Assembly: GCA_027858315.1 (NCBI GenBank)
Contig: JAQICV010000077.1
Coordinates: 6,186 to 70,185 of the forward strand
Reading direction: 5' to 3'
Length of the DNA stretch: 64,000 nt
Origin: Candidatus Woesearchaeota archaeon
Lineage (GTDB): Archaea; Nanobdellota; Nanobdellia; Woesearchaeales; UBA583
Part shown: positions 48,853 through 58,984 of the stretch, in pieces
How the letters are laid out: every line of letters starts with the position of its first letter
Numbering within the stretch: position 1 is the first letter of the stretch
Position numbers and translations under genes: made by a program
Notes under the pieces: model-generated
What the model was told of the DNA's origin: nothing
The model's database searches: none
Seen by the model: only the letters and a program-made list of their open reading frames with translations

Positions 48853-48939
48853 ACAAATTATGAATTTTATTCCATTTATAAAGCTTTACTATTTCTATAT
48901 ATATAGAAAGTTTATAAAGACATTTGAGAATTAATTATT

Positions 48940-50118
48940 ATGTTTCATATGTATCTTCCATTTAGGAAAAAATTTAAGAAAACTACACAACTATCTATTT
49001 CAAGACTTGTTGCGGCATTTGGTGTCTCAGGAATTAACACTATTTGGATAATTTATATGACTAGATTTGGGATAAGTGATTCAATGATAGGATTCATTTC
49101 AGCTTTCTTGGTAATAATATCCTTGATTACTGCATTTTTCTCAACACCTATTCTTGAAAAATATAATGAATTGAAGATTTTAATTATTAGTATTATTGTT
49201 CAAATTATTGCTTATACAATGATTCCATTTTTCCCAAATTTATATATTTTCATTTTTCTTGCGATGATAATTTCAATTGGAACCGTATTTAAAATAGATA
49301 GTTTTGATATTCTATTTCGAGATGAATCAAAAAATAAAGAACTTAATGAAGATGAAGGATTAATGTATTCCTTATCAAATGTTGGATGGTTAGTTGGTCC
49401 TTTAATTGCAGGATTCTTCCTAGTTGAATACGGAATAAATTCAGTATTTTTTGTAGGGTCAGTATTTATTTTAATTGGTCTTTTTATGCTCTTAAGAGTG
49501 AAAATCAAACTCCCTGAGAAGAAAAGAAAAAATTTCGATACAAATATTACTAAGAATATTAAAGATTTTATTAAAAATAAAAGATTGATTTTATCTTATA
49601 TCATAAGTGGAGGTATATATATCTGGTTGGCGCTACTCTTTGTTTACATACCTCTTTTCATTATAGATAGTGGTCTTGGAGAGGCATACATTGGAGTATT
49701 CTTATCTGTTGTTGTTATTCCACTCGTTTTGTTTGAATATGAGGTTGGAAAACTTTCGGAGAAATATGGATTTAAACCATTTTTTATTTTAGGTTTTTTT
49801 TCTCTTACAATAATTGCAGGACTTATGTTTATATTTGACAATATATATGTAACTTTATCACTTATGGTTGTATCAAGCATTGCAATGTCATTTTTAGAAC
49901 CACTTCAAGATTCATTTTTCTTCAGCAATGTGAAACATAAAGCTGATGAGGAAAAGTACTATCCTATATATGCTACAGCTACAGATATTGGAAGTTTTGT
50001 TGGAAAAATAAGTGTTGCAGGATTATTACTTTTATTGCCAAATAAATATGCATTTTTAGTTATTGGAGTATTTATGTTTATTATTGGAGTTGTATTCTTA
50101 TTCCATAAAGAGAAGTAA
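48940..50118 (+). CDS. MFS-type transporter
   Basis: 392 aa ORF with 12 predicted transmembrane helices in a 6+6 arrangement. Confidence 0.5.
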   Translation: MFHMYLPFRKKFKKTTQLSISRLVAAFGVSGINTIWIIYMTRFGISDSMIGFISAFLVIISLITAFFSTPILEKYNELKILIISIIVQIIAYTMIPFFPNLYIFIFLAMIISIGTVFKIDSFDILFRDESKNKELNEDEGLMYSLSNVGWLVGPLIAGFFLVEYGINSVFFVGSVFILIGLFMLLRVKIKLPEKKRKNFDTNITKNIKDFIKNKRLILSYIISGGIYIWLALLFVYIPLFIIDSGLGEAYIGVFLSVVVIPLVLFEYEVGKLSEKYGFKPFFILGFFSLTIIAGLMFIFDNIYVTLSLMVVSSIAMSFLEPLQDSFFFSNVKHKADEEKYYPIYATATDIGSFVGKISVAGLLLLLPNKYAFLVIGVFMFIIGVVFLFHKEK

Positions 50119-50279
50119 TCAATTTACTTTACTTATATTTTTAAATAAAACATTATTAATTGTTAATATGAAATCTATAAATAGTGTTTTTAGAAAAGGC
50201 TATTCTTGTTATAATTATAGATGGTAAAGTCTCATTATTCAATTATAATTACTAAAAATTATTAACTAATTTATTAAAA

Positions 50280-51317
50280 ATGACTAAAAAAATTAAAGAT
50301 ATCAATATGAAAAAAACAACTAAGGCAAAAGATAATGTATTAAAAAAAGCCAATACATTAGAGGGATGGCCAGAAATTAGAGGTTACGATTTTGAAGAAG
50401 AATTTAATTTTGAAAATTTTTTGAAATCCTATGCCAATACAGGTTTTCAAGCAACTAATCTTGCACAATCTATAGAGATTATTAAAAATATGAGGAAAGA
50501 TAAAGCAACTATATTTTTTGCTTTTACTTCCAATATGGGAACTTGTGGAGTTAGAGAACAAATCAAATATATTACAAAGAATAATATGGTTCAAGTAATG
50601 GTCACTAGTGCGGGTGCTATTGAAGAAGATATTATTAAGTGCTTAAAACCTTTTGTTCTAGGAGATTTTAGAGCTCCAGGACATGTACTAAGGGAAGATG
50701 GAATTAATCGTACAGGAAATATATTTATTCCTAATGATATATACCTATACTTTGAAAAGTTTATGACTAAATTCTTAGAAAGAATCTATGAGAAACAAAA
50801 ACAAAAAAATGAGATTATTGGAATTAAAGAGTTTGTTTATGAATTAGGATATGAGATGGAATTACAAGACTTAGAAAAAAAAGAAGATAGTTTCTCATAT
50901 TGGTCTTACAAAAATAAAATTCCTTTTTTTTGTCCTGCACTTTTAGATGGAAGCCTTGGAGATATGGTTTATTTTTTTAAGAAGAATCATCCTGATTTTA
51001 AAATTGATACTTCAGATTATATTGTCGAAGTTACAGATTTAGCTTTGAATTCTGAAAAAATGGGAATTATTGCAATTGGAGGTAGTGTTCCAAAACATGT
51101 TGTTTCAAATGCTGCTTTGTTTAGAGATGGTGCAGATTATGTTGTTTATATTAATTCAGGTTTAGAGATGGAAGGTTCTAATGCCGGAGCACCTATTGAT
51201 GAAGCAGTTAGTTGGGGAAAGATTAAACCTGAAGCTCAAAAAATAAAAGTTGAATCTGAGGCAACTTTAGTTTTCCCTTTAATTGTTGCAGGAGCTTTTA
51301 AATTGTACAATCCATAA
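50280..51317 (+). CDS. dys: deoxyhypusine synthase
   Basis: 345 aa ORF with AFTSNMGTCG, a GGSVPKH NAD-binding motif and C-terminal SWGKIK. Confidence 0.8.
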   Translation: MTKKIKDINMKKTTKAKDNVLKKANTLEGWPEIRGYDFEEEFNFENFLKSYANTGFQATNLAQSIEIIKNMRKDKATIFFAFTSNMGTCGVREQIKYITKNNMVQVMVTSAGAIEEDIIKCLKPFVLGDFRAPGHVLREDGINRTGNIFIPNDIYLYFEKFMTKFLERIYEKQKQKNEIIGIKEFVYELGYEMELQDLEKKEDSFSYWSYKNKIPFFCPALLDGSLGDMVYFFKKNHPDFKIDTSDYIVEVTDLALNSEKMGIIAIGGSVPKHVVSNAALFRDGADYVVYINSGLEMEGSNAGAPIDEAVSWGKIKPEAQKIKVESEATLVFPLIVAGAFKLYNP

Positions 51318-51354
51318 AACTAAATTTTATAAATCTTTATTCTTAAATATTTTT

Positions 51355-51939
51355 ATGAGCAAAATACCTGAACATGCAAAATGTGTATTTAAAGGAGTTC
51401 TTTTTGAGATATATCAATGGAAACAAGAAATGTTTGATGGGACATTTAAAACTTTTGAGGCAGTTAAAAGACCTGGAACAGTTAGAATTATTGCAATTAC
51501 TAGGCAAGGGAAAATCATTATGCAAAGAGAAGAACAACCTCATATTGGGAAGTTTACCAATATCCCTGCTGGAAGAATGGATCAAGGAGAAGAACCAATT
51601 GATAGTGCAAAAAGAGAACTTCTAGAAGAGAGTGGATATGTATCAGAAGATATACTTGAATTTTATAAATTTCCTTCACGAGGAAAAGTTATTGGTAATT
51701 CATATATGTTTATTGCTAGAGAATGTTATAAAAAACAAGATCAAAATTTTGAATTTGATGGTGAGAGAATTGAGACTTTTTTTGTTGACTTTGGAACATT
51801 CATTAAAGAAACTCAAAAAGAGGAGTTTAGAGATAATCAACTGACTGATTTAATTTTTAGAATGATTCATACTCCTGGAGAATTAGATAAATTTAAAGAA
51901 CTATTGTTTTCGAAAGAAGGAATTAAGATAACAAATTAA
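51355..51939 (+). CDS. NUDIX hydrolase (ADP-ribose pyrophosphatase-like)
   Basis: Nudix box GRMDQGEEPIDSAKRELLEESGY. The start is taken at the internal Met to avoid overlap with dys. Confidence 0.65.
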   Translation: MSKIPEHAKCVFKGVLFEIYQWKQEMFDGTFKTFEAVKRPGTVRIIAITRQGKIIMQREEQPHIGKFTNIPAGRMDQGEEPIDSAKRELLEESGYVSEDILEFYKFPSRGKVIGNSYMFIARECYKKQDQNFEFDGERIETFFVDFGTFIKETQKEEFRDNQLTDLIFRMIHTPGELDKFKELLFSKEGIKITN

Positions 51940-52508
51940 TTATTTTTTAAATCATGAAAACTTTTTAGGTTCTTTTTCTCAATTATCAAATCTCCGTATT
52001 TTTGTTTTTCTAAGTTAGCTTCAAGACCTAATTTTTTTAATAAATATAAACATCTCTTTTTTGCTTCTTCTTTTTGGGAGTCAGCTTCTACCATTAATTC
52101 GACTTCGATAAATTCACCTAAACCATCCACATTGTCAAGAGCAATCTCGAAATCTTCAAATTGATAATATGCTCTTTGTTTTTTTATTGTGAAAAACTCT
52201 TCAAAACCTAGTTTCTCAATAATTCTTTTAGTAGAACTCATATCCGCTATATCTATTTTATATTCTATTCCTCCTCCAACATTCCTATCTATTTCTTTTA
52301 TCTCAAATATTTTTTTACTATTAACGATTCTTATTCTAAAAACTATTCCTCCGTCTTTAATTTTACCTTTAGAGTCTAAGAATTCATTTTTTAGAAAGAT
52401 TATGTCTTCTTGTTCTTCTTCTTTGATATATTGAAAATTTAATTCTTCAAATTTTGAAAGAATTTCTTGTTTATTATCAACTCTTGCTTTAAGCTCAACT
52501 TCTATCAT
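51936..52508 (-). CDS. CYTH-domain triphosphate tunnel metalloenzyme (CyaB/ThTPase-like)
   Basis: 190 aa ORF starting IEVELKARV, with acidic EXEXK-like motifs. Confidence 0.6.
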   Translation of the reverse strand: MIEVELKARVDNKQEILSKFEELNFQYIKEEEQEDIIFLKNEFLDSKGKIKDGGIVFRIRIVNSKKIFEIKEIDRNVGGGIEYKIDIADMSSTKRIIEKLGFEEFFTIKKQRAYYQFEDFEIALDNVDGLGEFIEVELMVEADSQKEEAKKRCLYLLKKLGLEANLEKQKYGDLIIEKKNLKSFHDLKNN

Positions 52509-52547
52509 AAAATATTTCTAAAAATTTGTATTAATAAATATTGGTAA

Positions 52548-53264
52548 TTATTCTTCTAAATCATCAAATATCTTTCTTAAATGTTTTAAAACTTTAGTTC
52601 TTGCATGATAACTTAGAACTACATTTCTTAATCTGTAATTAATTATCTCTTCTTTCTTATGTAAAAACCCTTTTTGCTTTAATTCTTTTAATGTTGTTGG
52701 GTGGGATTGAAATAATTGTTTTCCTTCGTCTGGTCTTGAATTTTCAATTATATGAATTGTTGATGAGAACTCTTCCATATCTAAAAACTGTTTTACATCT
52801 TGATCTAATCCTTTGTATTTCATTTCTGAATTTTCTATAATTCTAAGGTCACCGTGATGAATATTTAAAATGTTAATTTGCGCATTTCTGAATTTCATAA
52901 AATCAAGAAAACTTTGAGGAAGAATTTTTGTGAAATTATTTGTGATTATGAAATCAGGTTCAAATCCATCAATGAACACTCCTAACATGTCAAAATACTT
53001 TTCCTTGTCCTTCTCAAAAGTTTTATTTTTATCAAAAGTATAAGTGTAGAAATTGTCCATTTCCTCATCAAAATCTACTGGAAATTTTCTATCAAGTATT
53101 AAAAAAATATCAAAATCAGGATTATTTTGAGCAAATAAATGTGCTAGATTTACAAAAGATGAACTTAGAAAAACTATTTTTTTTCTCTCTTGCATCTCAT
53201 CCATAATAAGAATTCTGATCTTTGGTTTAAAAATGTTAACTACTAGCACCACTTTTAAAAACAA
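52548..53264 (-). CDS. formyltransferase-fold protein (degenerate PurN/Fmt-like)
   Basis: 238 aa ORF with FIITNNFTKIL...NIHHGDL, resembling the LAGfMrIL...NIHPSLLP pattern with substitutions. Confidence 0.3.
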   Translation of the reverse strand: MFLKVVLVVNIFKPKIRILIMDEMQERKKIVFLSSSFVNLAHLFAQNNPDFDIFLILDRKFPVDFDEEMDNFYTYTFDKNKTFEKDKEKYFDMLGVFIDGFEPDFIITNNFTKILPQSFLDFMKFRNAQINILNIHHGDLRIIENSEMKYKGLDQDVKQFLDMEEFSSTIHIIENSRPDEGKQLFQSHPTTLKELKQKGFLHKKEEIINYRLRNVVLSYHARTKVLKHLRKIFDDLEE

Positions 53265-53338
53265 TAAATAATTATAATCAAAAACTACAACTAAATTATA
53301 TGTTTAATAAATTAATAAGGAAAAACCCTGTAGCTTTG

Positions 53339-54499
53339 ATGTTTGCTTCATTCCAATTAACTCATCAAATTGCTGTTGGTATGATAGTTCCTTTTTTTTT
53401 CTTTAATCTTTTTAGAAGCAGGATGGAGTAACAAAGAGATTACTTATTTTTTTGCAATACTTAGTTTTGCTATATTCTTATTCTCTCCAATTATTGGTAA
53501 GATTTCAGATAGAATTGGAAGAAAGAATATTATCTTTTATGGAATTATTGCGCAAATATTTTTCCTTAGTACATATTACAATTTTACTGATAATAGGACT
53601 CTTGTTTACATTATTAGATTTATAGATGGAATTGGTTCAGGGGCAGTCTCAATTGTTGCACTTGGAGCATTTGAAGATATTATTAAAGAAAAGAGAGGGT
53701 TTTGGACAGGTTTTTTTTTAGTGTTGGATCAATTGGAGCAATTATTGCTCCTATTCTTGCAGGATTTATTGCAGACTGGCATTTAGCAAAAACAATATTC
53801 TTAGTCTCAATAGTATTTATGATTCTCTCAATCTTGTTATTAGTTTTAATACCTGAAAAAAAGAAGAGTAAAACTAAGATTAAACTAAGAGATCTTAATC
53901 CATTATATGAGATTTCAGATTTTTTAAAATATAGAAGATTGCAAGGAATGGCAATTCTAGGAATGACTATGAATGCAAAAGGGCAAATTATAACAATATT
54001 TTTCCCTATTTTCGTAGTAAAAACTTTAGGACTTCCAGTATATTGGTTTGGAATACTTTGGGGGATTGGGCCCTTCATACATATGTTCCAATTTTACTTT
54101 GGAAGAATTGCCGATAGTATTTCTGCACAATTTGGAGTAATGCTTGGAGTTTTTATTGTATGTATTTCAATGCTCTTTATGCCACTTGCAACTGGAATAA
54201 CTAGTCTTGCAATTATTTTATTCGTTTATGGATTAGGATCAAGTATCTGGAATGTAACAGCTTGGTCTCTCATGAGCAGTGTTGCAGAAAAACATGATAT
54301 GGAAGGAGAAGTTGTTGGAACATATTATTCATTGTCATATTTTGCAATGTTTTTAGCATCATTATTTGGAGCATATATTGTTGATGCAATTGGAATAGCA
54401 AGAACATTACAAACATTTGCAGTAGTTATACTTTGTATGACTGTAGTGTCATATTTTTTCTTTAGACCAATTTTTCATAATGTAGTTTCTAAAAATTAA
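53339..54499 (+). pseudogene. MFS transporter with two frameshifts in poly-T tracts
   Basis: Continuous transporter-like translation requires frame changes at the T9 runs at about 53390 and about 53712. The intact C-terminal ORF is 53702..54499. Confidence 0.5.
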
Positions 54500-55028
54500 T
54501 AAAATTCTCAATTAATTTCTTATTTCTTATCTCAGGGTGAAATAATGAAGCATAAATTTTTCCATTTGAGAACAACTGAGGAATTTTAGTTTCTAATAAT
54601 AGATTAAACCCTTGAGGTAATTCTGAATATGATTTATGAAGAGCATAAACTTCATTTAAAGAGACTTTTTCTAAAATACTGTCTTCTTTGACTTTACTTA
54701 TCTTAACCAGACCTATTTCCTGCTTCTCTTTCAATTCAGCTCCAAATATTTTTCCAATTATTTGAGCTCCAGCACAAATTCCCAATATATATCCTTTATA
54801 GTTTTTCATCCAATTAAAAATTTCAGTGTGATTTAAATATTCAAAATCTTTTAGAGCAACACCACATAAGATAACTTTTTCATACTTTAAAATTACTTGT
54901 TCGTTTAATTCTAAAAAATGAATTATATCGAAATTTGTTTTAACAATTTCTTTAACTGGCAATACAAATTCATCATGATGAAGAGAATTTTTTTCTTTAT
55001 TCATATCAACTATTAATATATTATTCAT
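54489..55028 (-). CDS. class I glutamine amidotransferase (GuaA-subunit-A-like)
   Basis: 179 aa ORF with the nucleophile elbow GICAGAQ and the FHPE motif. Confidence 0.5.
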   Translation of the reverse strand: MNNILIVDMNKEKNSLHHDEFVLPVKEIVKTNFDIIHFLELNEQVILKYEKVILCGVALKDFEYLNHTEIFNWMKNYKGYILGICAGAQIIGKIFGAELKEKQEIGLVKISKVKEDSILEKVSLNEVYALHKSYSELPQGFNLLLETKIPQLFSNGKIYASLFHPEIRNKKLIENFINF

Positions 55029-55813
55029 TTTTTGAGAATTTTTAAATAATTCAATAAGGATTTATGGTTTTTTAAGTTGGTTAAAACTAATTCTTTTTTT
55101 GTTATATCAAATTTCTCACCTTTAAAATCTACTGCGCATCCTCCTGCTTCAAGAACTAATAAATAACAGCAGTAATCCCATGGTTTTGCACTAGCTGAAA
55201 TTAATGCATCAACTCTTCCTGAAGCAACTAATGCAGTTGAAAAAACTAGAGAATAATAATTTCTTATTGTGATTTCATTATCTAAAAGGATGGAGAATAA
55301 TTTTTTCTTTAATGATTTATTTTCTCCTCCAGATAAAATTACATCTGAGTTTTCAAGTTTCAAATCTGAAACTTTTAATCTTTTAGAATTAAAGTAAGCA
55401 CCTTTTCCTTCTTGAGCAAAATATAATTCTTTAGTTACAGGATTATTACAATAACACATAATAACATCATTTTTCTTTGCAAATGCAATAGTTACCATAA
55501 AAATTGGAATTTCACGAGAATAGTTTCTTGTACCATCAATTGGGTCTATTATCCAAGTATAATCTGAATTATTAGTAACTGAAGATCCTTCTTCTGCTAA
55601 AATATTATGATTTGGAAACTTCTTTTGAATAATTTTGACAATTTCTTTTTCAATTAATAAGTCATATATTGTTACAATATCTCTTTTTTCTTTATCCTTG
55701 TAATATACTCCTTTATCTTTCAATAAAAATCCTTTTTTTGCAATTTTAGCTCCTTTTAAAATAGCTTTTTTCATAACTTTTCTTATTTCTTCTAAATTTA
55801 TATCTTCTCTCAT
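55025..55813 (-). CDS. inositol monophosphatase / fructose-1,6-bisphosphatase family protein
   Basis: 262 aa ORF with WIIDPIDGT and LAEEG motifs. Confidence 0.8.
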   Translation of the reverse strand: MREDINLEEIRKVMKKAILKGAKIAKKGFLLKDKGVYYKDKEKRDIVTIYDLLIEKEIVKIIQKKFPNHNILAEEGSSVTNNSDYTWIIDPIDGTRNYSREIPIFMVTIAFAKKNDVIMCYCNNPVTKELYFAQEGKGAYFNSKRLKVSDLKLENSDVILSGGENKSLKKKLFSILLDNEITIRNYYSLVFSTALVASGRVDALISASAKPWDYCCYLLVLEAGGCAVDFKGEKFDITKKELVLTNLKNHKSLLNYLKILKK

Positions 55814-56493
55814 TTATCTACCAATTTAACTTCTTTAATTTCCAAAATTCCCGCATTTTCACTATCCATATGTTTTTCTACATCCAATAACTTTATCTCT
55901 TTTTTGAATAAAGGAGAATCTATAACAAATGTTTCAAGTTCTCCACCTTCCCCGGCAGGATTAATTTTATATTTTTTTTCTAACTTCGTTAATTCTTTAA
56001 TTAGATTTTTATCAAGAATTCTTCCTAAGTAAGATTTGTCAAAAGGATAAGAAAAAATTCCTACAATTATTATTTTGAAATTATTTTCTAATAATTCATA
56101 TAAAAAATCTACTTGATTTTTTTGCCATAATGGGTTAAAACACCAGATATTTAATTTTTGACAAATTGTTTGAATTCTTGATGATTGGTATGCAGAATTT
56201 ATTGCACCAGTTACAACTCCTTCAATATTATATTGTTCTTTTGCTAACTCGATTGCTAATTGTAGGTCTTCTAATTCTTTTTCTTTTTCACCTTTAGTTT
56301 TATATTCAATTATTGGAATCCCTAAAGCTTGTGATTGTACTTTTACAAAATCAATTCCTTGTGTTTGAAACATGTAAGATTCTTTATTTTCAGATACTAA
56401 AGTTATAAGACATACAACTTCATTTTTTTGATTAGCTTTGTATAAAGCATAATTAGAATCTTTCCCACCAGAAAACAAGACTGCAACTTTCAT
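55810..56493 (-). CDS. diphthine-ammonia ligase Dph6 (MJ0570/DUF71 PP-loop ATPase)
   Basis: 227 aa ORF with the PP-loop VLFSGGKDS and NPAGEGGELETFV. Confidence 0.65.
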   Translation of the reverse strand: MKVAVLFSGGKDSNYALYKANQKNEVVCLITLVSENKESYMFQTQGIDFVKVQSQALGIPIIEYKTKGEKEKELEDLQLAIELAKEQYNIEGVVTGAINSAYQSSRIQTICQKLNIWCFNPLWQKNQVDFLYELLENNFKIIIVGIFSYPFDKSYLGRILDKNLIKELTKLEKKYKINPAGEGGELETFVIDSPLFKKEIKLLDVEKHMDSENAGILEIKEVKLVDK

Positions 56494-56535
56494 TATAATA
56501 AAGATTCCCTAAAAACTTATAAAGATATAAGTTTT

Positions 56536-56856
56536 GTGATTCATATGAATAATACTAAAATTCTAATGATTTTTTTATTAATTGGTTCATTATTATTTAC
56601 AGGGTGTATCCCTCGAATGGATGAATTAGAACTTAATACCGATCCAAGATTATATGCAGGAGAAGGAGAGATGTGTGAAAATCAATACATGAAAGTTGAA
56701 TGTAGTGAGGGACTAGAATGTATTCCTAAGAGCACTAAACCTTATGTTATTGGTTTTTGTTATCTTCCAGGTTATGTATATAATGAAGATTTTATTAATA
56801 GAAATACTTATGAAGGAAATCCCGATTATGATACTAGAATTAATCTTAGTTCCTAA
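56536..56856 (+). CDS. small secreted Cys-containing protein (lipobox-like LFTGC)
   Basis: 106 aa ORF with a signal peptide and 6 Cys. Confidence 0.3.
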   Translation: MIHMNNTKILMIFLLIGSLLFTGCIPRMDELELNTDPRLYAGEGEMCENQYMKVECSEGLECIPKSTKPYVIGFCYLPGYVYNEDFINRNTYEGNPDYDTRINLSS

Positions 56857-57833
56857 TTTTCTTCTTTTTTTATTCTATCACCAATATATATTTTATTTGC
56901 TTTTCCTACTTTTATTCTTTTCAAAATTTTTCTTGCATGTAGTTTAGAAATAATTTTACTTAAATTAGATTTAGTTAATTTAGGTAAATAGTTTAGAATA
57001 TCATATTGGGAAATCCCATCATTATCTTTAATAAGTAATAATACCTCACTTTCGTTCTCAGTCAAATGCTTTTTAACTATTTCTTCAATTGTTTGTCTAT
57101 TCTCTTCTTGAGGTAGATTAACTTCATTACTAATTTTTTCTTCTGGACGAATCTCTACAATATTTTCTTGCACATTTACTTTAGATTTAGAAGTTTTATT
57201 TTTTATTTTAGTTTTATATAAAATTAATAAACTTACAACTAAAATAAGTAAAATGAAGATGATGGTGAGATATATTAAATCTCTATTAATAAATCCTGTT
57301 TCAATATTGGACTTTGTGTCTTTAAAATTTACAACAAATAATAAATCTTCTTCAACAGATTCAAAATCCCATATTACTCTTCCTGATTCATCTAATAAGA
57401 AATTTGTAGGAAAAATGTCTATCCCTTCCCCGAAGTTGTCTTTAAATTCAAGATTGAATATTAAATTGTCAACAGGGAAATCAAAAGATAAATAAGTTCT
57501 AAAAGCATCTGCTTTGAAAAGATTATTGGATATGTCTTCAGACCTATATTTGATTAAAAAATAATTGTCTTCAATCCCTTTTGGTTTGAAAATGAAAAAA
57601 TCTCCTACAGATTCGTAATTAACTGTCCCGAACTTATCTACTGCATAATCGATTTTAGCATCTTTTGGTTTTTCTATTGAGAATTTTGAAATACTATCAT
57701 TAGTTTGAAACTCTATAGCATAATTATATATTGTGTAATCTTGATAGACAAAAGCTTTCACTGTAACATCGGTTGCATTGGAAACTATTGGAAACAGTAA
57801 TATCAGAAAAATGATGCAGAGTTTCTTAAGCAT
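56853..57833 (-). CDS. single-pass membrane protein with extracytoplasmic domain and C-terminal winged-helix DNA-binding domain
   Basis: Signal peptide MLKKLCIIFLILLFPIVSNA, a ~190 aa outer domain, a transmembrane helix, then a TrmB/MarR-like wHTH (ESEVLLLIKDNDGISQYDILNYL..ARKIL). Confidence 0.4.
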   Translation of the reverse strand: MLKKLCIIFLILLFPIVSNATDVTVKAFVYQDYTIYNYAIEFQTNDSISKFSIEKPKDAKIDYAVDKFGTVNYESVGDFFIFKPKGIEDNYFLIKYRSEDISNNLFKADAFRTYLSFDFPVDNLIFNLEFKDNFGEGIDIFPTNFLLDESGRVIWDFESVEEDLLFVVNFKDTKSNIETGFINRDLIYLTIIFILLILVVSLLILYKTKIKNKTSKSKVNVQENIVEIRPEEKISNEVNLPQEENRQTIEEIVKKHLTENESEVLLLIKDNDGISQYDILNYLPKLTKSNLSKIISKLHARKILKRIKVGKANKIYIGDRIKKEEN

Positions 57834-57884
57834 ATTTATAGAGTAGAGAAAAATCTTTATAAAATTTGTGCTAATAGTTATTAT

Positions 57885-58619
57885 ATGATTAATCATATTG
57901 GATTCATAATGGATGGAAATCGTAGGTATGGAGATAAGTATAATTTATCCAAAAAGGAAGCTTACAGAGCTGGAATGGAACAATTTTTAAATTTTGTTAA
58001 GTATCAAGTTAAACATAATATATTTGAAACATCGTTTTACGCCCTATCAACTGATAATTATGAAAATCGTGGAGAAGATTTGAGACCTATAGGAGACTTA
58101 ATCCAAAATTTTTTTAAAGATGATGATTTAGAAGAGTATTTTATCAAACATAAAATTAAACTTTGTTTGAGAGGTGAAATTGATGAATTGGAAGAAAAAG
58201 ATAGGAAAGAGAGGAAAATTAAGCTTTTTGTTTCAGATCTAAGAAAAAGGTTCGAGAAATGTAATGCAAAAATTGGTCAAGAGTTCAAATACAGAGTAAA
58301 TATTGCAATAAACTATGATGGACAAAAAGAAATTTTAAGATCTTTTAAGAGTATTTATGAGAAAATTTCTAATGGAAGTTTAGATTTTGAGAAAGTTGAT
58401 GAAAAAACTATTAAAAATAATATTTATTATAATGATTCTAAATCTCCTGAAATTATTGTGAGACCTGGAGATTCACCAAGAATCTCAGGATTTATGCTTT
58501 GGGATAGCAAATACAGTGAATTATATTTTACAAAAAAATTATGGCCAGAGATGAATGAAGAAGATTTTGTAGAGATTCTCGATTGGTTTAAATCTATTAA
58601 AAGAAACTTTGGTAAGTGA
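57885..58619 (+). CDS. uppS: undecaprenyl/ditrans,polycis-prenyl diphosphate synthase (UppS family)
   Basis: 244 aa ORF with HIGFIMDGNRRY and C-terminal R-x-S motifs. Confidence 0.85.
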   Translation: MINHIGFIMDGNRRYGDKYNLSKKEAYRAGMEQFLNFVKYQVKHNIFETSFYALSTDNYENRGEDLRPIGDLIQNFFKDDDLEEYFIKHKIKLCLRGEIDELEEKDRKERKIKLFVSDLRKRFEKCNAKIGQEFKYRVNIAINYDGQKEILRSFKSIYEKISNGSLDFEKVDEKTIKNNIYYNDSKSPEIIVRPGDSPRISGFMLWDSKYSELYFTKKLWPEMNEEDFVEILDWFKSIKRNFGK

Positions 58620-58658
58620 ATAATTTACAATATTTAAAAATAAATTCTAAATTTTTAT

Positions 58659-58952
58659 CTAATTAAAATATTTAGATAAATAAGATTCTGATTCTGAATC
58701 GGATAAACCCATATTTAAAAGGCCTGTTTTTACTGATTCTTTAGAGTAAGTTGATTTGTATTGAATAATGTACTCTTGAGCTTTTTTCTCATTCTCATTT
58801 AAATTATCTCCACCCATATTTGGATTATAAGAGTAACTTTGCATTGAGTTTTGTTTTGCCTTTGCCATTCTTTTTTGATTCCATAAACCTATTGGAAATA
58901 TTAGAACTAAAGAGACAATCAAAAAGATTTGAAGTGGATTTATGTCTATCAT
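58659..58952 (-). CDS. small membrane protein
   Basis: 97 aa ORF with an N-terminal transmembrane helix. Confidence 0.3.
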   Translation of the reverse strand: MIDINPLQIFLIVSLVLIFPIGLWNQKRMAKAKQNSMQSYSYNPNMGGDNLNENEKKAQEYIIQYKSTYSKESVKTGLLNMGLSDSESESYLSKYFN

Positions 58953-58984
58953 ATTTTATTAATGAAAGTTTCTATTTATTAAAT

